From a virus, in the IMG/VR virus record IMGVR_UViG_3300008107_000157, positions 25,345 to 89,344 of that record: a stretch of DNA of 64,000 bases; one strand, written 5' to 3'. The notes under the pieces were generated by a model. It saw only the letters and a list, made by a program, of their open reading frames with translations. It was not told where the DNA came from and ran no database searches. Each line of letters starts with the position of its first letter. Position 1 is the first letter of the stretch. Below, one piece after another: positions 20,967 through 30,507 of the stretch. Made by a program: the position numbers and the translations under genes.

Positions 20967-23712
20967 GTGATTCTGCGATAACCGATGATAGTGTAACCTC
21001 ATCATTATATGCGATGCCATTTAAATCATATGCCGTAAATGTGTATGTTTGTACTCCGGTACTATATTGGTAATTTGAAGATTGTCCAGCTGAAATTGTA
21101 TAAGATGTAACACCATTTCCTTCATAGTTTGGTGCTGATAAAGCAGGAACTCCACTACCGCTTGTTACAGTTATAGTGTTTGTTAAACTTCCTAAGTTTA
21201 ATCTTTTTGCTAATATTGTTATGGTTTGTGAAGATGGAATAGGTGATAAATCAGTCATCTTATAAAAAAACTGATTTGCATCTGATGTTGCTATTAACCC
21301 TTTACCTTTATCTCCTTTTAATACCGCATCAATTGTTACGGATGAGGTAAAATCTCCATCAACAGTATCGTATTTAAAATCATAATGTGATTGTCCAAAA
21401 TCATATACATAACCACTTCCAGAAATCGGTGTTGCGCTATATTGGTGAGTAGATGATGTTACAAATAATCTATAAACAGTTGCATTTCCAACACTTTCTA
21501 TTTCGTGTAATGGTGGAGGCGTTCCTACTTCCGAACCCGATGTTATATTAAACCCTTCACTTTCAAATGATGGTAGATTTTGTCTTACTAAACGAATATC
21601 AATATAATCATCGGAAATATCAGATTTATATCTATCATCCGGGTCAAATACAAAATTATTTTTATCTGCCGTAGCATAGAATAATCTTGCAGGTGCACCT
21701 TGGTCTATTCTAAAAATTGTAAAGTATCTATTAACATCTTCACAACTAGCCGTATATGTAATTGCTCCAACAGTTACTCCTAAAGCAGAAGAACCTGTGA
21801 AGTTTGGTAAAGATAATGTTCTCGTATCAACATCTACATAATCCAATGTTCCCGGCTTTGGCGTTCCGGTAATTAAATTACCATTAACATCAACCGATTG
21901 TGATTGAAATGTAACAGAACCAGTCAATCCTGTTTTTGTAAAATCAATTGTTACCAATTGTGGAAATATGGATGCCGTTGAAAAGTTAAACGAATTATTC
22001 GAAACGTTTAATTGTAAATCCCTTCTAACATCAACATCGTTACCACCCGTAAAAGTAAATTCTTCCTCCAATAAAACGGGAACATAATTATTGTTGATAT
22101 CATATAACTCAAATTTAAAATCAAATGTTTCATTATTGATTTTAACTGGCACATTTACAGTTAATGTAATTTCATTTGGTGAAAACGATGATTCTTGTGC
22201 CGCTCTTAAACTTATATCGCTAATATGCCAAACCCCTCCTTTAACAACATAAACTAAATTACCAATGCCATCGGCATCGGGCTTAAAGTTTATTTGTTGT
22301 TTATCATATTTTCTGAATTGAGTATTTGTTGTTAAATCCCCAATCTTTTTTCCGTAGTTTGTTTCTAATGATGTTGGAGTAAAGGCAGAACCACTCATAT
22401 AAACTTCAATACCACCAAATGTATCAGCTGCTGCGGATAACAATGGTGTAAAATCTAATTGATATTCTGTATTCTTTGTGAAATTTACCGATTCTTTGTT
22501 ATAGAATTTAAATAATCCAACCGATGAACTATAATCGCTTTGTGGTGTTAATAATACTGATTTTAAAAGAGTTGTATTATCAACACTAAGATTTACACCC
22601 GTTTCTATTACCGATGATGTCCAAAATGATGATAATATAGCATTGGTAAATAAACCAGTTCTAACATTTAATTGATTTGCAAAAGATGATGTTAATAATA
22701 ACTCATTACTTTCTAATTGAACATCTTCTAATAATTGAAAATCGCCTAAATCATTTTTAGAACTAGCATAAACTTTAATTCGGTTTACATCACCACTAAA
22801 TGTATCTAAATCGGTAATGTTTATGGTAGCAAATGATGAATTGATTGCTGAATCGGTTAGTGTTACATCCGCATCGTATGACATTGTGTATGATGCCGAT
22901 GTAAATGCGGTAACCGAATAATAATTTGGTAAAGATGAACCCGTTACATAATATGGTACATCTACAAATGCTTTTTTATTTGTTGTAACATCGGTTATGG
23001 TTGGCGAATATATTTTATTAAAACCAGAGCCGGTTATTTCTATAATCTCTCTTTCCATTGATTCGGAAAATTGAGATAACGCATTTAATGATAATTCGTA
23101 TCGTGAAACTCCTTTAAATGTTCTATAATCTTCGCCAGCCGATGGTACTATTGGTGTACCATTTAATGAACCAGATATTGTTAATCTACTTACATTTCTA
23201 TTATAAATCGGAAGTATTGATTCCGTTATATCAATTTTTGGTCTACGATAAAATCTTATCTTAGATGTATTTGCTAATATTGGGTTTACATTTATTTGCT
23301 TTTCCCACTTAACGTTGTATGTGTCTTTCCAATTTTCAGGAACAGGAACTCTAACTCCGTTTGAAACATACTCACTTAACTCACCCAATATTGTTACAGT
23401 ACACGGACCAAATGCAGTATCGGGGTATATATAAACGGCAACGACTTTAGAAGTTCCTTCAAAATATTCAGGAATACCTTCACCTGGTTCGTGATAAATT
23501 ATGTTACCCTGTGAATCTCTGATTTGTATTTTTACAATTGTATCGGAAACCAATTCCGGCGAACCTTGAATAAGGAATGCGTTTTTACCTCCCGTAAATG
23601 TATCGGGTAATTCTGTTATTTTAAAATATCTACTATTAGGGTCGGTATCGTTTACTAAAACATTAATTGTTTCTAAACTTTCATCGAAAAGAGTTTTCTT
23701 CAGAATTGCCAT
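20929..23712 (-). CDS. Tail fibre/virion protein, N-terminal part (frameshifted relative to the downstream part)
   Basis: Beta-rich virion-type composition; ends in out-of-context FICCNKWFGKC after VIAESQ; overlaps the next ORF by 92 nt in another frame. Confidence 0.7.
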   Translation of the reverse strand: MAILKKTLFDESLETINVLVNDTDPNSRYFKITELPDTFTGGKNAFLIQGSPELVSDTIVKIQIRDSQGNIIYHEPGEGIPEYFEGTSKVVAVYIYPDTAFGPCTVTILGELSEYVSNGVRVPVPENWKDTYNVKWEKQINVNPILANTSKIRFYRRPKIDITESILPIYNRNVSRLTISGSLNGTPIVPSAGEDYRTFKGVSRYELSLNALSQFSESMEREIIEITGSGFNKIYSPTITDVTTNKKAFVDVPYYVTGSSLPNYYSVTAFTSASYTMSYDADVTLTDSAINSSFATINITDLDTFSGDVNRIKVYASSKNDLGDFQLLEDVQLESNELLLTSSFANQLNVRTGLFTNAILSSFWTSSVIETGVNLSVDNTTLLKSVLLTPQSDYSSSVGLFKFYNKESVNFTKNTEYQLDFTPLLSAAADTFGGIEVYMSGSAFTPTSLETNYGKKIGDLTTNTQFRKYDKQQINFKPDADGIGNLVYVVKGGVWHISDISLRAAQESSFSPNEITLTVNVPVKINNETFDFKFELYDINNNYVPVLLEEEFTFTGGNDVDVRRDLQLNVSNNSFNFSTASIFPQLVTIDFTKTGLTGSVTFQSQSVDVNGNLITGTPKPGTLDYVDVDTRTLSLPNFTGSSALGVTVGAITYTASCEDVNRYFTIFRIDQGAPARLFYATADKNNFVFDPDDRYKSDISDDYIDIRLVRQNLPSFESEGFNITSGSEVGTPPPLHEIESVGNATVYRLFVTSSTHQYSATPISGSGYVYDFGQSHYDFKYDTVDGDFTSSVTIDAVLKGDKGKGLIATSDANQFFYKMTDLSPIPSSQTITILAKRLNLGSLTNTITVTSGSGVPALSAPNYEGNGVTSYTISAGQSSNYQYSTGVQTYTFTAYDLNGIAYNDEVTLSSVIAESQFICCNKWFGKC

Positions 23713-23734
23713 TGTATATCTTTGAGTTACAATG

Positions 23735-23742
23735 ATAAATAT
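23735..23742 (-). promoter_or_regulatory. Putative phage late promoter motif ATATTTAT
   Basis: 22 nt upstream of the 23712 ATG; same motif precedes other structural genes. Confidence 0.55.
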
Positions 23743-23762
23743 TTCAAAAAAATATTATCTTC

Positions 23763-23770
23763 ATATTTAT
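23763..23770 (+). promoter_or_regulatory. ATATTTAT motif upstream of the lone plus-strand gene
   Basis: Motif orientation follows gene orientation. Confidence 0.5.
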
Positions 23771-23808
23771 ATAAAGAAAACTAATAAAAACTAAAGAAAT
23801 ATAAAGTT

Positions 23809-23988
23809 ATGAAATATTCTATGTTGCAAATAAAAAAAGAAACCCACGAACTTCTCAAAAAATATTGCGAAGAACATGGGTTTAAGATGGGGAGTTTAGT
23901 TGAAAATTTAATTAAAAAACACGTCGGTGTTACTAAACCTCAAGCGAGTGTGTTAAGAGCTGATAAGGTTAAAAATCAATCTTACTAA
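23809..23988 (+). CDS. Small ribbon-helix-helix-like DNA-binding protein (59 aa, not in ORF track)
   Basis: MKYSMLQIKKETHELLKKYCEEHGFKMGSLVENLIKKHV...: beta strand then two helices, CopG/Arc-like pattern. Confidence 0.65.
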   Translation: MKYSMLQIKKETHELLKKYCEEHGFKMGSLVENLIKKHVGVTKPQASVLRADKVKNQSY

Positions 23989-26900
23989 ATCCATCTATCT
24001 TTTTTATCTCTATCAATCCATCTACGATATCTCTCATTTGTTCTAAGTGAGAAATCATCCAAATAAAATCAAATTGAGTTTTTAAATATTGCATCATCAT
24101 AAATAATGATGATAAGTTGTTTGCATCCAATGTACCAAATCCTTCATCAATTACTAAGAAGTTTGGACGAGGTAGGTTACATATGTTAATTAGAGCTACT
24201 CTAATAGCCAATCCACTTACGAATTTCTCCATACCACTACACATCTCTAAAGGCCATTCTTGGTCTTCATAAACAATCTTTGCGTTAATGTTTTTACCAT
24301 CGATGTCCATTACAATACTAAAATCAACAACCTGTCCTAAGATATTATTGATTTCATTTTCAATAACTGGCATTGCTTTAGAAATTAATTCGTATGGAAC
24401 TCCATCACGCTTAACTGCATCTAAATAATAGGTGTATAGGCGGTTCTTTTCTTCCAAATCCTTAACTTCATTCATCTTAGATTTAATACCTTCTATAAAC
24501 GATTCTAATGAAGAAATAGAGCCATTCAATCCAGCTATATCTTTGTTAATAGATTTGATTTCTAATTCAATCTCACCCTTAGTTCTATTTAACCCATTAA
24601 TAACGGATTCTATTTGTTTGTTACGTTTAATAGTATCTTCGTTATCGTGATACTTTTGGATATCGGTATTTACCTGCTCTAATTGAGTATCATATAATTG
24701 TTTTTGAGTTTCGAATCCGTTTAATTCAGCAATTGTTTTTTCTTTAATTACAATTGCTTTTTGATATTTGGATTTTAACTCAACTAATTCATCCCATTGT
24801 TCTTCTACATCTGCAATATAAGATGCCTGTTGAATTAATGATTGGTGCTTGTTTCCTAATTCTTCTAACTTATCTTCTTGCTCTTCTACTTTAGATTTGG
24901 TTTCTAATGCATCTTTTACAAACACATTATTCATACAAAACTTACAATTTGGGTCATATTCGTGTTGTTCCAAATGTGAAAGTTTTTCTCTATTAGATTC
25001 CAAAGATTGTTCTAATAATTGAATCTGATGTTCGGTTTCATTTATCTCACTTTTATATTCATCCCATTCTTTTTTTGCATCTTCAATTGGTTTACCATTT
25101 ATAATTTTATGTTCTTCAATTGATTGGGATATTTCTGTAATCGATTTAGTATATTCATCCAATTTACCATTCTTACTTTTTTCTTCGGAAAGAACGTGTA
25201 AAATATCAAATCCAATTTGATTCTTTTTCTTTTCTAATTTTTCTAAATCCAAATTAGCATCTACTGGCACTAACTCTTTTGTTAATCCCAATATTCTATT
25301 AGATAAATCTTCTACATCATTTGTTTTTGTTTCTAATTCTTTTTCTTTACCTCTTAGTTCTGATTTCTTAGTTTGCTTTTCTAAACCCTTTTCAGCCAAC
25401 TCTGTCGTAAAGTCGGTTTTCTTAAAATTTTTGATAAGTACCGATACTTCTTTAATATCTTCGGTTGCGGTTTCGTATAATTTATCAAACACATTTAATC
25501 CCATAAATTGTGCTAATAAATCTTTTCTTTCCGATTGTGATTTATCAATAAAGATTGAGTTATTACCTTGTAATGATAATGCGGTCAATACGAAATCTTC
25601 ATACTTACCAACGTATTGTTCAATTACGGCGTTTGTATCCCTACGTTCCGTACCATTTAAAGAAGTTGTAACTCCACCTTCTTCTTTCCAAAATTGTACA
25701 TCTACTTTAACGTTCTTACCTTTGTTAATAGTTCTAGCAGTTCTTTTGATAAAGAAATCCATTCCATTAACTTGGAAGTGTAGCTCACATTCGAAATCAG
25801 ATTTACGATTATTCATAATGTTTTGAGCTTTGAATGCTCTACTACTCTTATCGTATAAACAAAATGAAATAGCATCGAATAAAGAAGATTTACCTGCTGC
25901 GTTTGGTGCAAATAATCCCATCAATCCTCCTATCTTTTGGAAATCGATTTTATTCTTCTCACCATATGAGAACATATTACTGAATGTAAACTTAATAGGT
26001 TTCCAATGAATATTTCTATGTACTTCCTCTTGCGTTATTCTACTATTGATATCTCTATTGATTACTTCCAATCCATCTAAGTCGGTAGTAGTTGTAAACG
26101 GCATCATTCTTTGAACGTAATCTCTTATCAATGTGTTTTGATGATTGATATCAGTTACATCTTCAAAATCTAATTTACTTAATCGATTACCAGTCTTTTG
26201 CTTATTAAATGAATCGGTTCTGATGATTGTGAAATCTTCAACACCATATCTCATTTTAATTTCAGTAATTACTTTCTTTGTATCAGCCGTATCCGTATTA
26301 GATAAACGAACTCTTAAACGAGGTTTCTTTGGCATATCCATTACAATAGGAACTACTCCATTATCAACATCCAATGTATAATATCCATATTCATTTGGAA
26401 TATCGATTGCTTCGTATTTCATTGAATCCATATCCCAAGCTAAGAATCCGTGTCCATTTAAACTTTCACCAAAGTTTTGTTGTACCAATGAACCGGCATA
26501 AACTACTTTACATCCGCTTGGTGAAATCATAGTTTGTCTTTTATGGATATCACCTAATAAGGCTAAATCATATCCATCAAACATATCGGTAGTGAAATGG
26601 CGAGATGATACCACATACCCAACATCGGTTTGGGAATTATCAACAGGTCCATGAAACAATGCAATCTTCTTATTACCAAATAGGGTATTAGCTTTTGGCC
26701 AATTTGCTTTGTCATCAAAGATACTGAATACACCAAAATCAACATCACCAATAGAATATACTTGCGTATCTCTTAGGTATGTAAAATTGGGTAGATTCAA
26801 TGCATCTACGATAGGAGTAAGTACATCTAATCTATCGGAGTTATTCATATTACAATCGTGATTACCTGTAATAAGGATTGTTTCACAATGTTTAGAACAT

Positions 26901-27115
26901 TCCGTAAATAGCCAACTTATCTCTCTAACCAATTCAGGAGATAATTCCAATTTAGCATGCGCAATATCACCTGCTAAATAAATGAGTGAATTTTCCGTAC
27001 CTCTTTTACGGATTTCTTCAAACATCTTTTCAAACACTTGTCTATACTCTTTGTGTCTTTGTACGTTGCGAATGTGTACATCCGCAATATGATAGATTGT
27101 TTTTAATCTTTTCAT
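23969..27115 (-). CDS. Fused SbcD/Mre11 nuclease-SbcC/Rad50 ATPase (gp47-gp46-like)
   Basis: Metallophosphoesterase motifs ADVH, AGD, GNHD, FHG, GDIH; Walker A APNAAGKSS; coiled coil with CKFC zinc hook; CSGME signature; VIDEGFGTLD; ISH. Confidence 0.9.
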   Translation of the reverse strand: MKRLKTIYHIADVHIRNVQRHKEYRQVFEKMFEEIRKRGTENSLIYLAGDIAHAKLELSPELVREISWLFTECSKHCETILITGNHDCNMNNSDRLDVLTPIVDALNLPNFTYLRDTQVYSIGDVDFGVFSIFDDKANWPKANTLFGNKKIALFHGPVDNSQTDVGYVVSSRHFTTDMFDGYDLALLGDIHKRQTMISPSGCKVVYAGSLVQQNFGESLNGHGFLAWDMDSMKYEAIDIPNEYGYYTLDVDNGVVPIVMDMPKKPRLRVRLSNTDTADTKKVITEIKMRYGVEDFTIIRTDSFNKQKTGNRLSKLDFEDVTDINHQNTLIRDYVQRMMPFTTTTDLDGLEVINRDINSRITQEEVHRNIHWKPIKFTFSNMFSYGEKNKIDFQKIGGLMGLFAPNAAGKSSLFDAISFCLYDKSSRAFKAQNIMNNRKSDFECELHFQVNGMDFFIKRTARTINKGKNVKVDVQFWKEEGGVTTSLNGTERRDTNAVIEQYVGKYEDFVLTALSLQGNNSIFIDKSQSERKDLLAQFMGLNVFDKLYETATEDIKEVSVLIKNFKKTDFTTELAEKGLEKQTKKSELRGKEKELETKTNDVEDLSNRILGLTKELVPVDANLDLEKLEKKKNQIGFDILHVLSEEKSKNGKLDEYTKSITEISQSIEEHKIINGKPIEDAKKEWDEYKSEINETEHQIQLLEQSLESNREKLSHLEQHEYDPNCKFCMNNVFVKDALETKSKVEEQEDKLEELGNKHQSLIQQASYIADVEEQWDELVELKSKYQKAIVIKEKTIAELNGFETQKQLYDTQLEQVNTDIQKYHDNEDTIKRNKQIESVINGLNRTKGEIELEIKSINKDIAGLNGSISSLESFIEGIKSKMNEVKDLEEKNRLYTYYLDAVKRDGVPYELISKAMPVIENEINNILGQVVDFSIVMDIDGKNINAKIVYEDQEWPLEMCSGMEKFVSGLAIRVALINICNLPRPNFLVIDEGFGTLDANNLSSLFMMMQYLKTQFDFIWMISHLEQMRDIVDGLIEIKKIDGFSKIDF

Positions 27116-27120
27116 ATTTT

Positions 27121-27732
27121 TTATATTAAATTTTGTATATTTTTTTCTTTATAAAATTCTCTACCATTAAATGTAGTATATTTTAATTCATAATCACCAT
27201 ATTTAAAATAAGAATTTTTATATGGGAGAGATTCATATTCCGTTTCCGATAAGTTATATCTAATAGCATTAAATATGCCATCCACCATTGGTGTCTGAAA
27301 AAATGCAACTATTGTTCCTTTTTTACAATTAGGTTTTACATAATCTAAAAATTTAGGAATATTTGAATCCAAATGCGTATCGTGTAAAACTCCATCAAAT
27401 TTATCATTTAACGTTGGTAAAATATCAATCCAATCGCCTAAAAGTATTTTAGTATTTGGTTTATCTTTACACCATTCTAATGCGTTTTGATATATTTCGG
27501 GATGAACTTCTATAATTGTGTGCGATGTTACATTTGGGTTGGATTGTATTTCATCAGCTGATAAATGCATTCCAAATCCTATTTCTAAAATATCCCCACC
27601 ATTTTTAGTAACTATATTTGCTAGTTTTTGCATTAATGATAATTCACCTATATGCATAACTCTATCGCCATTTGTACAATCATCCATCATAATTTCATCT
27701 GATGATACAATTATTTTTTCTTTTCCATTCAT
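27121..27732 (-). CDS. SAM-dependent methyltransferase (guanidinoacetate/RMT2-like)
   Basis: ILEIGFGMHLSA, HTIIEVHPE, GDW, FDGVLHDT; ends ...IQNLI. Confidence 0.75.
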   Translation of the reverse strand: MNGKEKIIVSSDEIMMDDCTNGDRVMHIGELSLMQKLANIVTKNGGDILEIGFGMHLSADEIQSNPNVTSHTIIEVHPEIYQNALEWCKDKPNTKILLGDWIDILPTLNDKFDGVLHDTHLDSNIPKFLDYVKPNCKKGTIVAFFQTPMVDGIFNAIRYNLSETEYESLPYKNSYFKYGDYELKYTTFNGREFYKEKNIQNLI

Positions 27733-28508
27733 AATGAGTTTATTTTACTTATTAATAAATCTTCGGATGAAAACTCTTTAGTTTTCTTTAGTTCTTCATA
27801 AAAACTTTCATAACCCATTTCAGATGCATCTTTATCTTTAAGATACATCATTTTTACATTGATTCCATTTTTTCTAAAATAATCGGCTGCTTTAAGTGCT
27901 TCGTTGATTGCATCGTTATCTAATGAAATTACAATATCACTAACCCCACTCATAAAGATTTTCTCAACCAATTGTTTGGATGGAAACTTACCTAAAAGTT
28001 AATTTAGTGAACCATCGGAATTATATGATGGGATAATTACTCTGCGTGAGTACAATCCTTCTTTGCAATAACCAATATTATGTTTAATAATATCTTTTAC
28101 ATTAATACCTCTTTGATTTAAATAATGAATAGCATGTTTGTATTCAGGATTAAATCCTTTTGGTTCTTCTGCTAAACTAATAAATTCTTTTGGAAGTTGA
28201 ATGAATACTTTTGTTTCAGCATCTTCTTGCTGTGGCGTCCAATTACTATCACCATAGATTTCTCTAATAAGAGATATAGTTTTTCTATCTACATCTAATT
28301 TACGAAGTAAAGATGTTAATTTCTTACCACCACTATTGCAAGTCCAACAATGCCACTTTTGAGTTTCCGTATTAACTTGTAGTTTTTGTTTGTGGTGATT
28401 ACAAAATGGACAATAAAATGCCAACTCATTCCCTTTAAGAGTGAGGTGACTACCCAATACATTAGTAAGGGCAGTAATTACCTTATTTTTATCATTGCTA
28501 CTTAACAC
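27729..28508 (-). pseudogene. dnaG: DnaG-type DNA primase interrupted by an in-frame TAA and lacking its central segment
   Basis: Zn finger CPFCNH...CWTC, IIPSYNSDGSLN-TAA-LLGKFPSKQLVEK..., TOPRIM LDNDA and KDASE; EGxxD catalytic segment missing; likely start GTG at 28508. Confidence 0.8.
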
Positions 28509-28512
28509 AAAC

Positions 28513-28544
28513 CAAATATACGACAAATATTTGAAATTACCAAA
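28513..28544 (-). promoter_or_regulatory. Bacteroidota-type sigma70 promoter
   Basis: TTTG-N20-TATATTTG matches the -33 TTTG / -7 TAnnTTTG consensus. Confidence 0.75.
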
Positions 28545-28547
28545 TTT

Positions 28548-28964
28548 TTATGGTTCTAAAAACCATTCTTCTGGTATTTCTTTATCTGCGTATTTGTAAC
28601 CATTCTTTTCACACCACATTCCGTAGGTGGTTTTAGAATTTTTGGTGATTTTGTTCTTTGAATTGGAGAATACGAAACGAATATCCAAATTTGGATGTTG
28701 TTCCTTTACCAAAAGATGCTTTTTACGGTCTGCTGCAACAAACCTACCTTTGGTTTCGATTATGATTCCATTTGGTAACCTAAAATCAGGATTGTAAGTA
28801 TGTTGAGAAGCAGGTATAATATAAGCCACCTTTTCGGACTCATATTTAACCTCAATTCCCTTACCTGCGATTTGATTGGAAATATTTTCTTCAAGACCGG
28901 ATTTGAATCCATACTTTTTAGCAACCCATTTAGGGTTGGACTTTTTTGTAACTTTTTTTGGCAT
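28548..28964 (-). CDS. T7 endonuclease I-like Holliday junction resolvase
   Basis: FKSGLEE, YNPDFRLPNGIIIETKGRF, RKKHLLVKEQHPNLDIRFVFSNS, TYGMWCEKNG. Confidence 0.9.
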   Translation of the reverse strand: MPKKVTKKSNPKWVAKKYGFKSGLEENISNQIAGKGIEVKYESEKVAYIIPASQHTYNPDFRLPNGIIIETKGRFVAADRKKHLLVKEQHPNLDIRFVFSNSKNKITKNSKTTYGMWCEKNGYKYADKEIPEEWFLEP

Positions 28965-28971
28965 TAAATTA

Positions 28972-29184
28972 TTATTTCTTTACTGAATCCGAATATTTCG
29001 GAGAAGAAGTTACTTCACCACCTCTACCTGTTTTGAATTTTGCAGCAGTTAACACTTGGTCATCTACTTTTTTCAAATCGTCTGTAGTGTATGGAGTTTT
29101 TGCAGCAACACCTGCTTCGAATCCAATTTTATCAACACCTAAAGATGCTTGAGATGATTTGTATAAATCTAAAATCTTTGACAT
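28972..29184 (-). CDS. Small hypothetical protein
   Basis: 70-aa ORF preceded by the ATATTTAT motif at 29202-29209. Confidence 0.6.
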   Translation of the reverse strand: MSKILDLYKSSQASLGVDKIGFEAGVAAKTPYTTDDLKKVDDQVLTAAKFKTGRGGEVTSSPKYSDSVKK

Positions 29185-29201
29185 AGTTTCTATTGTTTAA
29201 T

Positions 29202-29209
29202 ATAAATAT
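29202..29209 (-). promoter_or_regulatory. Putative late promoter motif ATATTTAT
   Basis: Intergenic, 17 nt upstream of ATG. Confidence 0.55.
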
Positions 29210-29212
29210 AAG

Positions 29213-30415
29213 TTAAGTATCAAAACGTACAATAAAGTTTACAGGTAATTCCGGGTCTGATTTAATTGCTTGTGGAAGTTTAGCCACAGCTACTAAATCA
29301 CAATTATCATCATATAAACCTATTGTTGTTATAAATGGTGCTAAGAATGAGCCTGTTGAATCTACCGAACCACTTGCTTCCCAATGTTCAAATCCAGCTT
29401 TAGCGCTTCCCGTAGTACCACTAAATCTATAATCTAAAACATCTCCGTTTTCTAATACGGATTTTTTACGAATATATTTAACGCCTGGGGTTGTAGTTGT
29501 TTTATATATTTTACCATCGGAGCCTGTTATATATTCTTGCACTTTTCCTACTTCTACTACGGCTGATGGGTTTTGTGAAATATTAAATTCATCTGGTTGA
29601 ACTATTAATAAGAATTCGTTTTCATAAATAGTTTCGGTTGATTTATAATCTAAAGTCCAACCACTATTTAATCTATTTGCCGCATCTCTTGTTAATACTA
29701 TTAAACCTTGTGTATAGAATACGTTACCTATTTTTATACCCTGCGCTGCTTCTGGTAAGAATGGTAAATCATCTGCAATTAATACACCGGATTGTACATC
29801 GTATGATATCAATTGTTGGAAGTATGTATCACCTTGATATATAATTTCTATTTCTTCATTTTGAATATCAACGAATACAGTTGTTGGATATGGAGATGAA
29901 GCACTATATTGAGTATTAATATAATCTACAAAATTTACTTCATTTGTTTGATTATCTATTAATGATACAACTACACTATCTCTCGGGTCTTGTATATTAC
30001 CATACCCATCATCAACATAAGTTGCGGATGAATCTATTAATGTAACAGAAAACTTTTTTATACCTTCACCAACTGCTATTTGTGGAATGCTGATTACTTT
30101 TGCGTAATCTTCAAAATATCTTTCTTTTGCTAATGTAGCAGTTTCATAATAATTTCTTTTAGAACCAAATCTTATAAATGGATTATCTTCATTTCCATTA
30201 TAAAATTGAGCTCTAAGTTGACCATAAAGCCCCAATTTACTATAAGATGAACCACTTAAACTTCCGGTTGTGATTATATTAGAAGATAATGATTCATAGT
30301 TGCCGGCTTCTGCTTCCAATACGGCTATTTCTGGAGAACCACTAATAAAGCTCCATTCTTTATAAGCCTTAAAAGGTCTTATACTAATATCTGATTTTGG
30401 TATTCTTTTTAACAT
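29213..30415 (-). CDS. Virion structural protein (baseplate/tail associated)
   Basis: C-terminal FITTIGLYDDNCDLVAVAKLPQAIK...VRFD shared with the neighbouring paralog; structural-gene context. Confidence 0.6.
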   Translation of the reverse strand: MLKRIPKSDISIRPFKAYKEWSFISGSPEIAVLEAEAGNYESLSSNIITTGSLSGSSYSKLGLYGQLRAQFYNGNEDNPFIRFGSKRNYYETATLAKERYFEDYAKVISIPQIAVGEGIKKFSVTLIDSSATYVDDGYGNIQDPRDSVVVSLIDNQTNEVNFVDYINTQYSASSPYPTTVFVDIQNEEIEIIYQGDTYFQQLISYDVQSGVLIADDLPFLPEAAQGIKIGNVFYTQGLIVLTRDAANRLNSGWTLDYKSTETIYENEFLLIVQPDEFNISQNPSAVVEVGKVQEYITGSDGKIYKTTTTPGVKYIRKKSVLENGDVLDYRFSGTTGSAKAGFEHWEASGSVDSTGSFLAPFITTIGLYDDNCDLVAVAKLPQAIKSDPELPVNFIVRFDT

Positions 30416-30422
30416 ATCACAT

Positions 30423-30430
30423 ATAAATAT
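30423..30430 (-). promoter_or_regulatory. Putative late promoter motif GATATTTAT
   Basis: Between the terminator and the ATG at 30415. Confidence 0.55.
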
Positions 30431-30440
30431 CTTTGAAACT

Positions 30441-30466
30441 AAAAACCCAACTTTTTGGAGTTGGGT
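30441..30466 (-). terminator. Rho-independent terminator
   Basis: Minus strand ACCCAACT-CCAAAA-AGTTGGGT followed by a T run, downstream of the 30508 stop. Confidence 0.75.
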
Positions 30467-30507
30467 CTAGCCTATACATTGATAGTTCGGTATAAGTTAC
30501 TCTCTGA

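Noticed and set aside
20940-20990. Programmed ribosomal frameshift in the tail fibre
   Set aside because: No X-XXY-YYZ slippery site or obvious stimulatory structure; an indel explains it more simply
27999-28001. Stop-codon recoding or alternative genetic code (in-frame TAA in primase, TAG at 11297)
   Set aside because: TAA, TAG and TGA all end normal genes in the window, long ORFs are intact under code 11, and conserved motifs are physically missing at both sites
29201-29208. T4-type late promoters TATAAATA driving plus-strand transcription
   Set aside because: No plus-strand genes follow these sites; the motif tracks gene orientation as ATATTTAT
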